Origin: Thermovirgaceae bacterium
GTDB taxonomy: Bacteria; Synergistota; Synergistia; Synergistales; Thermovirgaceae
DNA length: 18,337 nucleotides
Assembly: GCA_046542505.1 (NCBI GenBank)
Contig: JBKHBH010000036.1
Span: forward strand, 1-18,337
Reading direction: 5' to 3'
Shown in pieces: positions 1 through 8,466 of this stretch (position 1 is its first letter; each line of letters opens with the position of its first letter). The position numbers and the translations under genes were made by a program. Under the pieces are notes generated by a model. That model did no database searches. It worked only from the letters and a program-made list of their open reading frames with translations, and was not told where the DNA came from.

Positions 1-66
1 ACAGACGGCAGCCGGGTTTCCGCCGAATGGGCGGTCCGTAAAAGCATCCACCTGGCAGAGTTTCAT
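1..66 (-). CDS. PhzF-family (phenazine biosynthesis-like) isomerase, 5' end only; runs off the window edge
   Basis: Not in the ORF track. The reverse complement from the ATG at 66 reads MKLCQVDAFTDRPFGGNPAAVC, the characteristic PhzF N-terminus (VDAFT..PF.GNPAAV). GGAGG RBS at 76-80. Confidence 0.9.
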   Translation of the reverse strand, partial: MKLCQVDAFTDRPFGGNPAAVC

Positions 67-105
67 ATCTGGAGACCTCCTCCCTGCGTTACGGTCCCTT
101 TTGGC

Positions 106-134
106 ATTATAGATTCACAAAAGAGGGCTGAAAA
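106..134 (-). promoter_or_regulatory. Putative sigma70 promoter for the PhzF-family gene
   Basis: Minus strand TTTTCA-N17-TATAAT (-35 at 129-134 inside the cls 3' end, -10 at 106-111). Confidence 0.5.
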
Positions 135-1560
135 GCTTGGTTATACCCTGGATCGTTTCCATTACCAGCGAGCGGTCCCGCCATTCTTCCAGGGAAAGTC
201 TGCGCGACTCCTCCATGTAGCTCTCCTGAAGGTTCCTCAGTGACCAGAGGGATTCCCCGTGATAGAGGATCATGTTGAGTTCGAAATTTAGGGCGAAGGA
301 ACGGATGTCGAAATTGCTTGTGCCGATAAAGGCGGTGTCACTGTCCACAGTCATGGTTTTCGAATGGAGTATCCCCGGCTGATACAGGTAAAGTTCCACG
401 CCGAGCTCCATGATCTGCTCGTAATAGGATCTGGCGGCGTTTCCGACCAGAAACTGGTCAGATTGTTCCGGGACGATGAGCTGGACCCTGGCCCCGCCGA
501 GGACTGCGACCTCCAGTGCTTCGATCAGGCCTTCGTCGGGGATGAGGTAGGGGGTGGTGATGATGACCCGCCGCCGGGCGGCGTGGAGAGCTGAAACGAC
601 AAGACGCTGGTAGTTTTCCGTAGGGTATGAAGGTCCGCTCGGGACGGTCTGGAGGAGTGCGGAACCGGGCAAGGCCATGTCCGTGAAGGAGAAAACGTCC
701 TCTGACATGTCATTTGTCTCGACATACCAGTCTTCCAGGAAAACCCTCTGGAGCTGGGTTGTTGCCGGGCCTTCGATGGCTATGGTGACATCATGCCATG
801 AGCGCCCCCGGGCCTTTCCGCCATAGGTCGGGTCGATGAGATTATGGGAGCCCGTGTAGGCCTTTTTGCCGTCGATGACAGCAAGCTTCCTGTGGTTGCG
901 GAGGTCAAAGCGGGCCGTTGCCCTGATTCGTCTGAAAAGTGACGGGGGTAAAGCGCCGACGACGGAAATTCCCGCTTCCCGAAGCCGTGGCGCCGTCTTT
1001 TTTAAAAACTTCTTGGATCCCAGCGTATCTGCCAGGATGCGGCAGGTTACTCCCCTTCCTGCGGCACGTTCCAGGGCCTCGAAAAGGGGGCGCGTTAACT
1101 TGTCCTCGTTCAGAATGTAATACAATAGGTGAATGTGTTCCGAGGCATTGTCGATATCTGAAGAAAGTCGTTTCACAAGTTCTTCCGAGGAAGTGATAAA
1201 TTGCACGTCATTCCCGCCCGTGATGGGCATGTCGCCAAGGGTTGTCGCAAGGTTGCAGAACCGTTCCAGCCTTTCCGGAAGGCTGGGGGGTGCGCTTTCA
1301 CGTATCTTCCGTATGAGTGCCGTTTCCCGTTCGAGGCGCGCAAGCATTCGTTCGTGCCGGGCGATTCTCTCCCCGGGCAGTTTGCTGCCCCCGATCAACA
1401 GATAGAAAAAAAGCCCGGGGATGGGCCAGAAGAAAATGACGAGAAGCCATGCCGTTGCGACCGCAGGCTGGTGCCATCTCGGGATAAGTGCGATCATGGC
1501 GAGACGGATGCCTATCGACGTGATGTTATGGATGAGAATCAAAAAAGGGCTCCAGGACAT
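115..1560 (-). CDS. cls: Cardiolipin synthase (PLD family, ClsA type)
   Basis: Two N-terminal TM segments (PLDc_N-like AWLLVIFFWPIPGLFFYLLIG) and two HKD motifs (RNHRKLAVIDG; LHSKTMTVD...GTSNFDIRSF). Start moved from 1596 to ATG 1560, which follows a GGAGG RBS. Confidence 0.93.
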   Translation of the reverse strand: MSWSPFLILIHNITSIGIRLAMIALIPRWHQPAVATAWLLVIFFWPIPGLFFYLLIGGSKLPGERIARHERMLARLERETALIRKIRESAPPSLPERLERFCNLATTLGDMPITGGNDVQFITSSEELVKRLSSDIDNASEHIHLLYYILNEDKLTRPLFEALERAAGRGVTCRILADTLGSKKFLKKTAPRLREAGISVVGALPPSLFRRIRATARFDLRNHRKLAVIDGKKAYTGSHNLIDPTYGGKARGRSWHDVTIAIEGPATTQLQRVFLEDWYVETNDMSEDVFSFTDMALPGSALLQTVPSGPSYPTENYQRLVVSALHAARRRVIITTPYLIPDEGLIEALEVAVLGGARVQLIVPEQSDQFLVGNAARSYYEQIMELGVELYLYQPGILHSKTMTVDSDTAFIGTSNFDIRSFALNFELNMILYHGESLWSLRNLQESYMEESRRLSLEEWRDRSLVMETIQGITKLFSPLL

Positions 1561-1634
1561 GCCTTTTTGTCCTCCGTCGTTTGACGCAGGGGCCATCCGG
1601 ACAGCAGGTCTGGAAAACCCCTGAACTCGGCTTC

Positions 1635-1643
1635 AGTATAACA
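1635..1643 (-). promoter_or_regulatory. Putative extended -10 promoter upstream of cls
   Basis: Minus strand TGtTATACT in the yitT-cls intergenic gap. Confidence 0.4.
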
Positions 1644-1662
1644 TTGTCGAAGACGGGACGGC

Positions 1663-2574
1663 TCAGTTTGAGCGGATGTCGGAAAAGCCTTCACCGAGTA
1701 CTTCGTGGATGGACTGGACGCTGATGAAGGCATCGGGATCGATCTCCCTGATGTAGTTCCTGAGCCGGATGAATTTCCTCCTGTTTACAATGGTGGAGAC
1801 CACGTCCTTCGGTTCCCCCGTGTAGGCGCCTCTGGCTTCGTAGATGGTGGCGCCGCTTTCGAGCTCATCGATGATGAAGGTCGAAATACGTTCGCTTTCG
1901 CGGCTGATGATCATGACGTATTTGTGGACTTTCATGCCCAGGATGAACCAGTCCACCAGAATGCCGTTCATGATGACGCCGAGGAGTGCGTACATGCCGA
2001 TCCGAGGTCCGAAGACGGCTATTGCACCGGCGACGATGAGGAAATCCGATAAAAGAACACCCTTCCCGAGGTCGATGTGGAAGAACTTGTGGAGAATCTT
2101 CGCCGTAATATCCGTTCCTCCCGTGGAGGCATTCTGGTTGAACACGATGGCCATACCCATCGCGGAGCAAAGGACGCCGAAGACAAGCTGTACCAGGATG
2201 TCGTCTGTAAGGGGGCCCGGTACGGGGAAAAACGTCTCCAGGAACCAGGCGAGGCCTGACACGAAGAAGCTGGTGTAGACCGTTTTGGCGCCGAAATCCC
2301 TGCCTATGAGGAGAAACCCGGCGACGAAAAGCACCATATTCATCCCCAGCATCATGAATCCGATTGGGATTTGGGGCCAGAAGGCGCCGAGCACGATGGC
2401 GAGGCCGCTGACCCCGCCGGCTGCCAGGTTGTTCGGTACCAGGAAATAAACGATCCCGGCTGCCACAAGAAAGGCCCCGCCGTGAATCAGGGTCCACTCC
2501 CGGAAAAAACGCCGGGAAGGGCGCCAGTGCAGGATGTTTTTGATTTTTTGAGCCAATGTCCTTTGTTCTGTCAT
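1663..2574 (-). CDS. YitT family membrane protein (DUF161 + C-terminal DUF2179)
   Basis: GGVSGLAI and STGGTDI motifs, several TM helices, C-terminal GAYTG...IDPDAFI...EVLGEGF. AGGAG RBS upstream. Confidence 0.9.
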   Translation of the reverse strand: MTEQRTLAQKIKNILHWRPSRRFFREWTLIHGGAFLVAAGIVYFLVPNNLAAGGVSGLAIVLGAFWPQIPIGFMMLGMNMVLFVAGFLLIGRDFGAKTVYTSFFVSGLAWFLETFFPVPGPLTDDILVQLVFGVLCSAMGMAIVFNQNASTGGTDITAKILHKFFHIDLGKGVLLSDFLIVAGAIAVFGPRIGMYALLGVIMNGILVDWFILGMKVHKYVMIISRESERISTFIIDELESGATIYEARGAYTGEPKDVVSTIVNRRKFIRLRNYIREIDPDAFISVQSIHEVLGEGFSDIRSN

Positions 2575-2623
2575 TTCTTTTCTCTCCTGGCAGGGACCTG
2601 GAGTGGTCCCTTTTCCTCTGACG

Positions 2624-4282
2624 TTATGCCCCCGTCGAGATTCGGACCACCTGGGTGACGGCCTCTTTCAGGAGGACGGGGTACGTCTCGACCGAGTAGG
2701 GCAGGTGGATTCGCTCCGTGTTCTTGTGGGCATCCTTCCCGAAAGGGCCGAGGTTCAAAACCGGGATGTCCAGCCTGAGCAGATCCTCTTCAGGGAAACG
2801 GTATAGCGTGCCCCAGCCAGGAAGGTTCTCGCCTACGGTGCGGATTTCGTCGGCGTCCCCCTCGAAACCGCAGTAGCTGAGGTCCGAAACCCCCTCGAAA
2901 AGGGTACGGATCTTCAACTCGATGCCGTGAGCGGTTTTTGCTTTTTCGCGGACCTTTTCAGCCGCATGCCTCATGGCCGACTCCTTTTCGTTCCGGCCCT
3001 GATTCGTCCGGTGAGGATACCAGGGGGGCAGGAACCCGACGATACCAAAAGGCGGCTGAAGGCCGCAGGCGTCGGCGAGATGCTCGATGGCTGCGAAGGC
3101 GCGTTCCCTTTCGTCGGCATCGGGGGGGCTGGAGGCGTGGGCCTGCTCGAGGACGGTCCGGATTTCATCTTTTAACAAGGTTTCGGCCTTTTGTACAAGC
3201 TCTCCGTAAGTATAGACCTTTGGCGTCCAGGAGGAGCAGGCGGCCCCGGAACCATTCCTCTCCATGTATCCCCGTGCGAAACGGTTGTACTGTCCTATGG
3301 CGCTCTTTTGGGCCTCCATGGCCAGTTCTTTCAGCTCCGCGAGGATTTGACCGGGCATTTTCCGGGCCGTCAAATAGCTGTAGAATGCCACGGCGCGGGT
3401 CATGATTGTGGCGGAATATTCCCGTCTCAGGTCGTGCTGGCGCATACAGCCGTAGGGCGGGTAGGCCGTTCCTTCCAGCATGTCCGCGTAATGCGGGTTC
3501 CCGTCAAGCATGATATTGAGATGGGAGACGATGGGCGCGGCGCAAAGCCCCTCGTAGTATTCTCCAACGTGGGTTTCCTTGCCTGCGAAGTAGAAGAAGG
3601 GATTGATCTTGCCGATGCTCCCAAGATAGATAGAGGGTCCGGCTTCTGCTCCCCCGGCGAAGGTGGGCTCGGTATTGATGCAGGAAAGGAACCGAAGTCC
3701 TTCCGTTTCCTGGAGTTCCGCCAGGACGGGAACGGCCGCCAGCATGCCTCCGGAATTGTTCTCCTCGTCGCATACGTAAAGCACGGCCAGGTTCGCGCCG
3801 GGATCGAACTCGCCACGGGAGGCTTCCGCGAGAATGGAAAGGCCAGTTGCCACACCGGTCTTCATGTCGGCTATCCCGCGCCCGAAGATCCATTCACCGG
3901 ACTCGAGGTCCCTTCTGGCTTCGGGGTGTATATCTGTTCCGGCAATTCTCCTGGTGTATTCCTCAGCGTCGAAAGCGATTTCCTTGAGGCTCCCGCAGGC
4001 ATCGGTGCCCACCACGTCCATGTGCCCCATCAAAAGGACCGTGTCTGCAGTTTGTTTCTTTGCCCTGACAACGGCAAATACGATATGCCGCTCGTAACGG
4101 TCGCCTTCCATTGGGATAATCCTGACATCCCCGGGGTTTTCCTGAAAATAGGGCAGTTCCCTGAGGGTATCGAAGACGAATCGGGCGATCCGGTTTTCTC
4201 CGTCTTTCGAGGGGGATACGCTGGGGATTTGTACGAGATCCAGCATGAGCCGGTACAGGTGTTCTTTCTGAGTGCTGATCAT
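2624..4282 (-). CDS. M20/M25/M40 metallohydrolase, RocB (arginine utilization protein)-like
   Basis: Metal-binding motifs GHMDVV, GRGIADMK, DEE and TEP, plus GKETHVGE and C-terminal GPFGKDAHKNTER; ~552 aa. Start placed at ATG 4282 after AAAGGAGG. Confidence 0.85.
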   Translation of the reverse strand: MISTQKEHLYRLMLDLVQIPSVSPSKDGENRIARFVFDTLRELPYFQENPGDVRIIPMEGDRYERHIVFAVVRAKKQTADTVLLMGHMDVVGTDACGSLKEIAFDAEEYTRRIAGTDIHPEARRDLESGEWIFGRGIADMKTGVATGLSILAEASRGEFDPGANLAVLYVCDEENNSGGMLAAVPVLAELQETEGLRFLSCINTEPTFAGGAEAGPSIYLGSIGKINPFFYFAGKETHVGEYYEGLCAAPIVSHLNIMLDGNPHYADMLEGTAYPPYGCMRQHDLRREYSATIMTRAVAFYSYLTARKMPGQILAELKELAMEAQKSAIGQYNRFARGYMERNGSGAACSSWTPKVYTYGELVQKAETLLKDEIRTVLEQAHASSPPDADERERAFAAIEHLADACGLQPPFGIVGFLPPWYPHRTNQGRNEKESAMRHAAEKVREKAKTAHGIELKIRTLFEGVSDLSYCGFEGDADEIRTVGENLPGWGTLYRFPEEDLLRLDIPVLNLGPFGKDAHKNTERIHLPYSVETYPVLLKEAVTQVVRISTGA

Positions 4283-4457
4283 CTGTGGTCCTCCTTTTCT
4301 TTCCTCTGGAGCTGAGGATGTCTCGGCGGATAATATTCTATCGGGTCCGCCGGGAAAGATCCTGTGTGCCATTTTACAGCTCAAAAGAAGCCTCTGCTAC
4401 CGTGGCTTCAGGATACATTGCATTCAGCGGGGAGATAAATCCTGCCGAAGGACGTTC

Positions 4458-4486
4458 TTGACCGGTTGCCGGCGTCGCCTCATACT
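4458..4486 (+). promoter_or_regulatory. Putative sigma70 promoter for the aminotransferase
   Basis: TTGACC-N17-CATACT, about 50 nt upstream of ATG 4538. Confidence 0.6.
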
Positions 4487-4537
4487 TGAAACTACGTGAA
4501 TCAACGGCGAAACCGCAAATTTTCGGGAGGGAACACG

Positions 4538-5683
4538 ATGGATATCAAGACCTTTGCCGTAGAGGAATGGATGAACACACACGAAATGGAAGCGGTCCAC
4601 AATATCGCGGAAACATGCGTGGATTCTCTGACAGTGGAGGAATTGCTGGAACTTTCCGGCGAAAAGGAGAAGATCCTCGAAAAGATTCTCGCCACGCGCC
4701 TTACATATGGTTTCATTCCGGGCACACCCAGGCTCCGGGAATTGCTGACGGAACTTTACGGGAATGCGAAGCCGGAGAACATCCTCGTCACAAGCGGCGG
4801 GATCTCGGCGAATTTCCTGGCCTTGTATACCCTGGTGCGGCCAGGTGACAGGGTCGTCTGCGTGGCTCCCACGTACCAGCAGCTTTATAGCGTTCCCGAA
4901 TCTTTCGGAGCCGACGTGAAACTGTTGCCCCTTCGCCCCGAGAAGGGTTTTTTGCCCGATCCGAAGGAGCTGGAGCGACTTGCCTCAAACGGACTCGATC
5001 TGGTCGTTCTCAACAACCCGAACAACCCCACGGGAGCCCTTATGGACGAAAAGCACCTGAAGGAGATCGTCGGCATCGCAAAAAAGAAGGGTGCATGGAT
5101 TCTGTGCGACGAAGCCTATAGGGGCCTTGAGCATGACCCCGAAGACAGCGTCCCGTCCGTGGTTGATCTTTATGAAAAGGCCGTTGCCACGGGCAGCATG
5201 TCAAAGGTCTTTTCCCTGGCCGGGCTTCGCCTCGGGTGGGTTTCGGGACCCGAGGAGTTTATCACCGACTGCTTTCATCACCGTGACTACACGACCATCA
5301 GCTGTGGACGCATCGACGAGGTACTGGCCGTAACGGCCCTGGAGAAACGGAAAAAGTTGCTTGAAAGGAACCGGAAGATTGTCACGGAAAGCGTGGCCAT
5401 TGTTGACGAGTGGGTGAAAAGGGAGGAACGGGTCGATTGGGTCAAGCCTCGCGCAGGTACCACGGCCTTCCTCTCCTACGATTACGACATCCCTTCAGAA
5501 GAATTCTGCATCGGTCTTTTCCGAATGAACGGGACGTTTCTGGTCCCAGGGAAATGTTTTGACAGGGAGTACTGGCTCCGGATCGGCTACGCCTACGGCA
5601 AAGAGACACTCAAAAAGGGGCTTGACGGGCTTTCGGCCTGGCTCAGGGAACTCGAAAAGCAGGGAGTTGGTCGACGGCCCTAG
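4538..5683 (+). CDS. PLP-dependent aminotransferase class I/II
   Basis: NNPNNPTG, CDEAY and GSMSKVFSLAGLRLGW (PLP lysine). Start at ATG 4538 after GGGAGG. Confidence 0.92.
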   Translation: MDIKTFAVEEWMNTHEMEAVHNIAETCVDSLTVEELLELSGEKEKILEKILATRLTYGFIPGTPRLRELLTELYGNAKPENILVTSGGISANFLALYTLVRPGDRVVCVAPTYQQLYSVPESFGADVKLLPLRPEKGFLPDPKELERLASNGLDLVVLNNPNNPTGALMDEKHLKEIVGIAKKKGAWILCDEAYRGLEHDPEDSVPSVVDLYEKAVATGSMSKVFSLAGLRLGWVSGPEEFITDCFHHRDYTTISCGRIDEVLAVTALEKRKKLLERNRKIVTESVAIVDEWVKREERVDWVKPRAGTTAFLSYDYDIPSEEFCIGLFRMNGTFLVPGKCFDREYWLRIGYAYGKETLKKGLDGLSAWLRELEKQGVGRRP

Positions 5684-5697
5684 CGACCAGCTTCCTG

Positions 5698-6615
5698 TCA
5701 GGACTTCGGTGCGAATGAAATGATAAGAAAGACGGCGGCGATGATAGTTCCCGCCGCAAAAAGCGTCTGAACCGTCAAGGGGTCCCCCGCGACGAGCCAC
5801 CCGAGGAAAACGGCTCCAACGGGGTTTACGTAGGCATAGGTGGCGACACGTGAGGGGCGGCAGTTTCGCATGAGGATCATGTAACAGACGAATCCTACCA
5901 GTGATCCGAAAACGACAAGGTAGGCCCATGCCAGAATGGAAGCCGTGCTGACAGCGGACGGGTTGAACCGAAAAACTTCCCCGGTGAGGACCGAGGCGAC
6001 GGTCAGAAGCGCTCCCCCGGCAAGCATTTGGAGAGAGACGGCAAGAAGCGGCGAGGACGGAGTGTGAGCATGCCGCGAGTAAAGAGACCCCGTAGCCCAG
6101 GAAACGGCGGCGAAAAGGACAATAGCGATCCCGAAGGGGTGAAAAGCTTCAGAGGCGCTTGTTTTCGTGAAACCGATGAGAAGGGCGACACCCGAAAAGC
6201 CCAGGATGACTCCTGCCGCTTCCGCAAGTGTGGGCCGGGCCGCCCGAAAAAGCAGCCAGTTCAAAACCACGATCCAGAGTGGGACTGTTGCCACGAGAAG
6301 AGCGGCGAGGCTTGACGGTATGAACTGTTCACCCCAAACGACATTCCCGTTGCCAAGCATGACGACCAGTCCACCGGTAATGAAGGCGTCCCTCCATTGG
6401 AGGCGGGACGTCTTCGGTGCGTCGGGTCGCGTGGCCGCAAAGATATAAAGCAGCCCGCCCGCCGCAATGAACCTGAGGCCTGATGAAAGATAGGGGGGGA
6501 TGGTCTCCACCATGTAAGCGATGGCCAGGTAGGTTGTGCTCCATGTGGCGTACAGCCCCAGAAACATGAGAAAAATCAGTCCCCGGGAGAGTCCCGGGGT
6601 TTTATCCTTTTTCAT
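5698..6615 (-). CDS. EamA/DMT family transporter (YedA-like)
   Basis: About 10 hydrophobic segments; YATWSTTYLAI, GLRFIAAG, YLVVFGSLVGF, YAYVNPVGAVFLG. Its ATG overlaps the upstream TGA (ATGA at 6612-6615). Confidence 0.9.
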   Translation of the reverse strand: MKKDKTPGLSRGLIFLMFLGLYATWSTTYLAIAYMVETIPPYLSSGLRFIAAGGLLYIFAATRPDAPKTSRLQWRDAFITGGLVVMLGNGNVVWGEQFIPSSLAALLVATVPLWIVVLNWLLFRAARPTLAEAAGVILGFSGVALLIGFTKTSASEAFHPFGIAIVLFAAVSWATGSLYSRHAHTPSSPLLAVSLQMLAGGALLTVASVLTGEVFRFNPSAVSTASILAWAYLVVFGSLVGFVCYMILMRNCRPSRVATYAYVNPVGAVFLGWLVAGDPLTVQTLFAAGTIIAAVFLIISFAPKS

Positions 6616-7508
6616 AATGACAGTCCTTCCGTATTTCCGTCAGGTCTTGCCACGCTTCGCCCAAAATGTAACTCGAGGAGTGCAGGGTCTTCCATGTGCC
6701 CTTCGTAAACGAACTCGGCAGGGCCGGTGAGTGTTACCGGAAGAGTTTGGAGCCCCCTGTCGTTGGGGAAGCTCACGATATTGACCCCGCCGGGATTCTT
6801 TACAGAGACCGGCGGTTTGACCAGTCCTTCAAGCCAGGCGGCTACAGCAGAGGCCGCCGAGCCTGTGCCGCAGGAAAGGGTGAAATCTTCCACACCCCGC
6901 TCGAAAGTTTGAACATGAAGAGACTCGGCTGTTCCGGTGATGAAATTCACGTTCGTTCCTTCGGGAAACTTTTCGGTGTCGGCCTGGATGGTCTCCGCCA
7001 ACCGCCTGAGGCCCGGACGGTCTTTTCCTTCGATGCATTTCGGGAAAACAACCGTGTGAGGAACGCCCAGGGTGAGATGTGTATATTGGATTTTTTCGTC
7101 GGAGAAAGAAAAAATTTCCTTCCTTCGGACCGAAGGCAGATCAACGGTACCCATGTCGAGGGTGACGGATTCCCTTGTGACACTTGCCCGTACCGGTCCC
7201 GCCAGGGTCGAAAAGGTCATTTCCGAGGGGGCGATACATTTTTTCGAAGTGTATCTCGCGATGCACCGGGCCCCGTTCCCGCACATTTCGGCCTCGGTGC
7301 CGTCGCTGTTGAAAAGGCGTATGGTGAAATCCGCTTCTCCACTTACTTCTACGGCGATCAGCCCGTCGGCTCCGACGGATCGCCCCCGCGGGCACAGCAC
7401 GACAGCCAGGCGGGAGAGTTCCCGCTTTGAGAAAGGGCATTCCCTGTTATCAATCACGATGAAATCGTTTCCGTTTCCCTGCATTTTCGTGAATTCGAAG
7501 GCGGGCAT
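6612..7508 (-). CDS. dapF: Diaminopimelate epimerase (DapF) family protein, intact Cys/Cys dyad
   Basis: FTKMQGNGNDF, GADG, FNSDG.EAEMCGNGARC (Cys76), GVPH, NVNF, ERGV..TLSCGTG (Cys213). Confidence 0.82.
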   Translation of the reverse strand: MPAFEFTKMQGNGNDFIVIDNRECPFSKRELSRLAVVLCPRGRSVGADGLIAVEVSGEADFTIRLFNSDGTEAEMCGNGARCIARYTSKKCIAPSEMTFSTLAGPVRASVTRESVTLDMGTVDLPSVRRKEIFSFSDEKIQYTHLTLGVPHTVVFPKCIEGKDRPGLRRLAETIQADTEKFPEGTNVNFITGTAESLHVQTFERGVEDFTLSCGTGSAASAVAAWLEGLVKPPVSVKNPGGVNIVSFPNDRGLQTLPVTLTGPAEFVYEGHMEDPALLELHFGRSVARPDGNTEGLSL

Positions 7509-7524
7509 TGGAACGCGTTCCTTC

Positions 7525-8370
7525 CTACAGTCCGTCGGGATACAAGGAGCCTTCTGCGATAAAGGCCGTCACGCCCTCGAGCCTGATCCTGAGGATCGAA
7601 GGCGACGTCTCCTCCATGATGATCGTGTTGGTGCCTCCCGGGTTGTAGACGTCCACCGGTGAATCACACCAGCCGTTGAGCCATGCCGCCACGGCTGCGG
7701 CAATGGATCCGCTCCCGCAGGAAAGGGTGAAATCGTCGACGCCACGCTCGTAGGTGTAGACTTCAAGCGCTCCGTGCCCCAGGATCTTGAGGAAATTGAC
7801 GTTGGTTCCATCCGGAAACCGGGAGGTGTCTTTCTGAAGCGCCCGGGCGAAGGGCGCCAGGGTTTCCAAAGGCCTCCAGTCGGATTTTTCCAGAAAAACC
7901 ACTGTGTGGGGTGCCGCCTCGTTCCCGTGCCCGAGTTCCATGTGGTTGACGGGGAACATTTCCCCCATGTGGCTGAATGATTCATCCAGCACCACCAGGG
8001 ACGTGTCGATGGTCCCGGTGTCCAGGGTAACCCTGGCCCCTTCGACTATGGCGTCAAGAGCGCCCCCTATGGTGTCGAAACGCATGTTTTTGGGAGCGAT
8101 CCCCTTCTCATAAGCGTACCGTGCGATACATCGGGCACCGTTTCCGGACATGGCGCTTTCCGATCCGTCTCGGTTGTAAAAGCGCATGGCGAAGTGAGAA
8201 CCTTCCTCCGAAGGCCTCCCCACCGTCATCAATCCGTCGGCCCCGAGGGACAGGCGTCTCCGGCAAGCCTTGACGGCTGTTTCCCTGATTTTTACATCCT
8301 CATACAGGCCTTCCTGATTGTCGATGATGATGAAATCGTTTCCATTTCCCTGCATCTTGGCGAAGTTCAT
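7525..8370 (-). CDS. DapF paralog with the first catalytic Cys replaced by Ser
   Basis: FAKMQGNGNDF, GADG, YNRDGSESAMSGNGARC (Ser75, codon TCC at 8146-8148), NVNF, ERGV..TLSCGSG (Cys218). GGAGG RBS upstream. Confidence 0.88.
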   Translation of the reverse strand: MNFAKMQGNGNDFIIIDNQEGLYEDVKIRETAVKACRRRLSLGADGLMTVGRPSEEGSHFAMRFYNRDGSESAMSGNGARCIARYAYEKGIAPKNMRFDTIGGALDAIVEGARVTLDTGTIDTSLVVLDESFSHMGEMFPVNHMELGHGNEAAPHTVVFLEKSDWRPLETLAPFARALQKDTSRFPDGTNVNFLKILGHGALEVYTYERGVDDFTLSCGSGSIAAAVAAWLNGWCDSPVDVYNPGGTNTIIMEETSPSILRIRLEGVTAFIAEGSLYPDGL

Positions 8371-8429
8371 GAATGGGCCTCCGAATATGTCACAAAGTAG
8401 AAAACCGGCAAGGCAACCGCCCGCCTGTC

Positions 8430-8460
8430 ATTATAGGGCAAAAAATCCGGGGAGTTGCAA
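8430..8460 (-). promoter_or_regulatory. Possible internal promoter for the dapF-like/dapF/EamA genes
   Basis: TTGCAA-N19-TATAAT on the minus strand; the spacer is longer than optimal. Confidence 0.35.
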
Positions 8461-8466
8461 GGGGAG

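Noticed and set aside
115..1560. PLD protein plus helicase read as an anti-phage system
   Set aside because: The PLD protein is a typical membrane-anchored cardiolipin synthase and lies more than 11 kb from the helicase.
2592..2614. Hairpin AGGGACC/GGTCCCT plus T-run read as a terminator
   Set aside because: The U-tract is on the plus strand while both flanking genes are on the minus strand; at most a stability hairpin.
3191..4315. 374-aa plus-strand ORF
   Set aside because: Antisense shadow of the RocB-like gene, as expected in GC-rich DNA; no motifs.
4355..4372. TGGCAC upstream of the RocB-like gene read as a sigma54 promoter
   Set aside because: No GC at the -12 position (GG-N10-CT).
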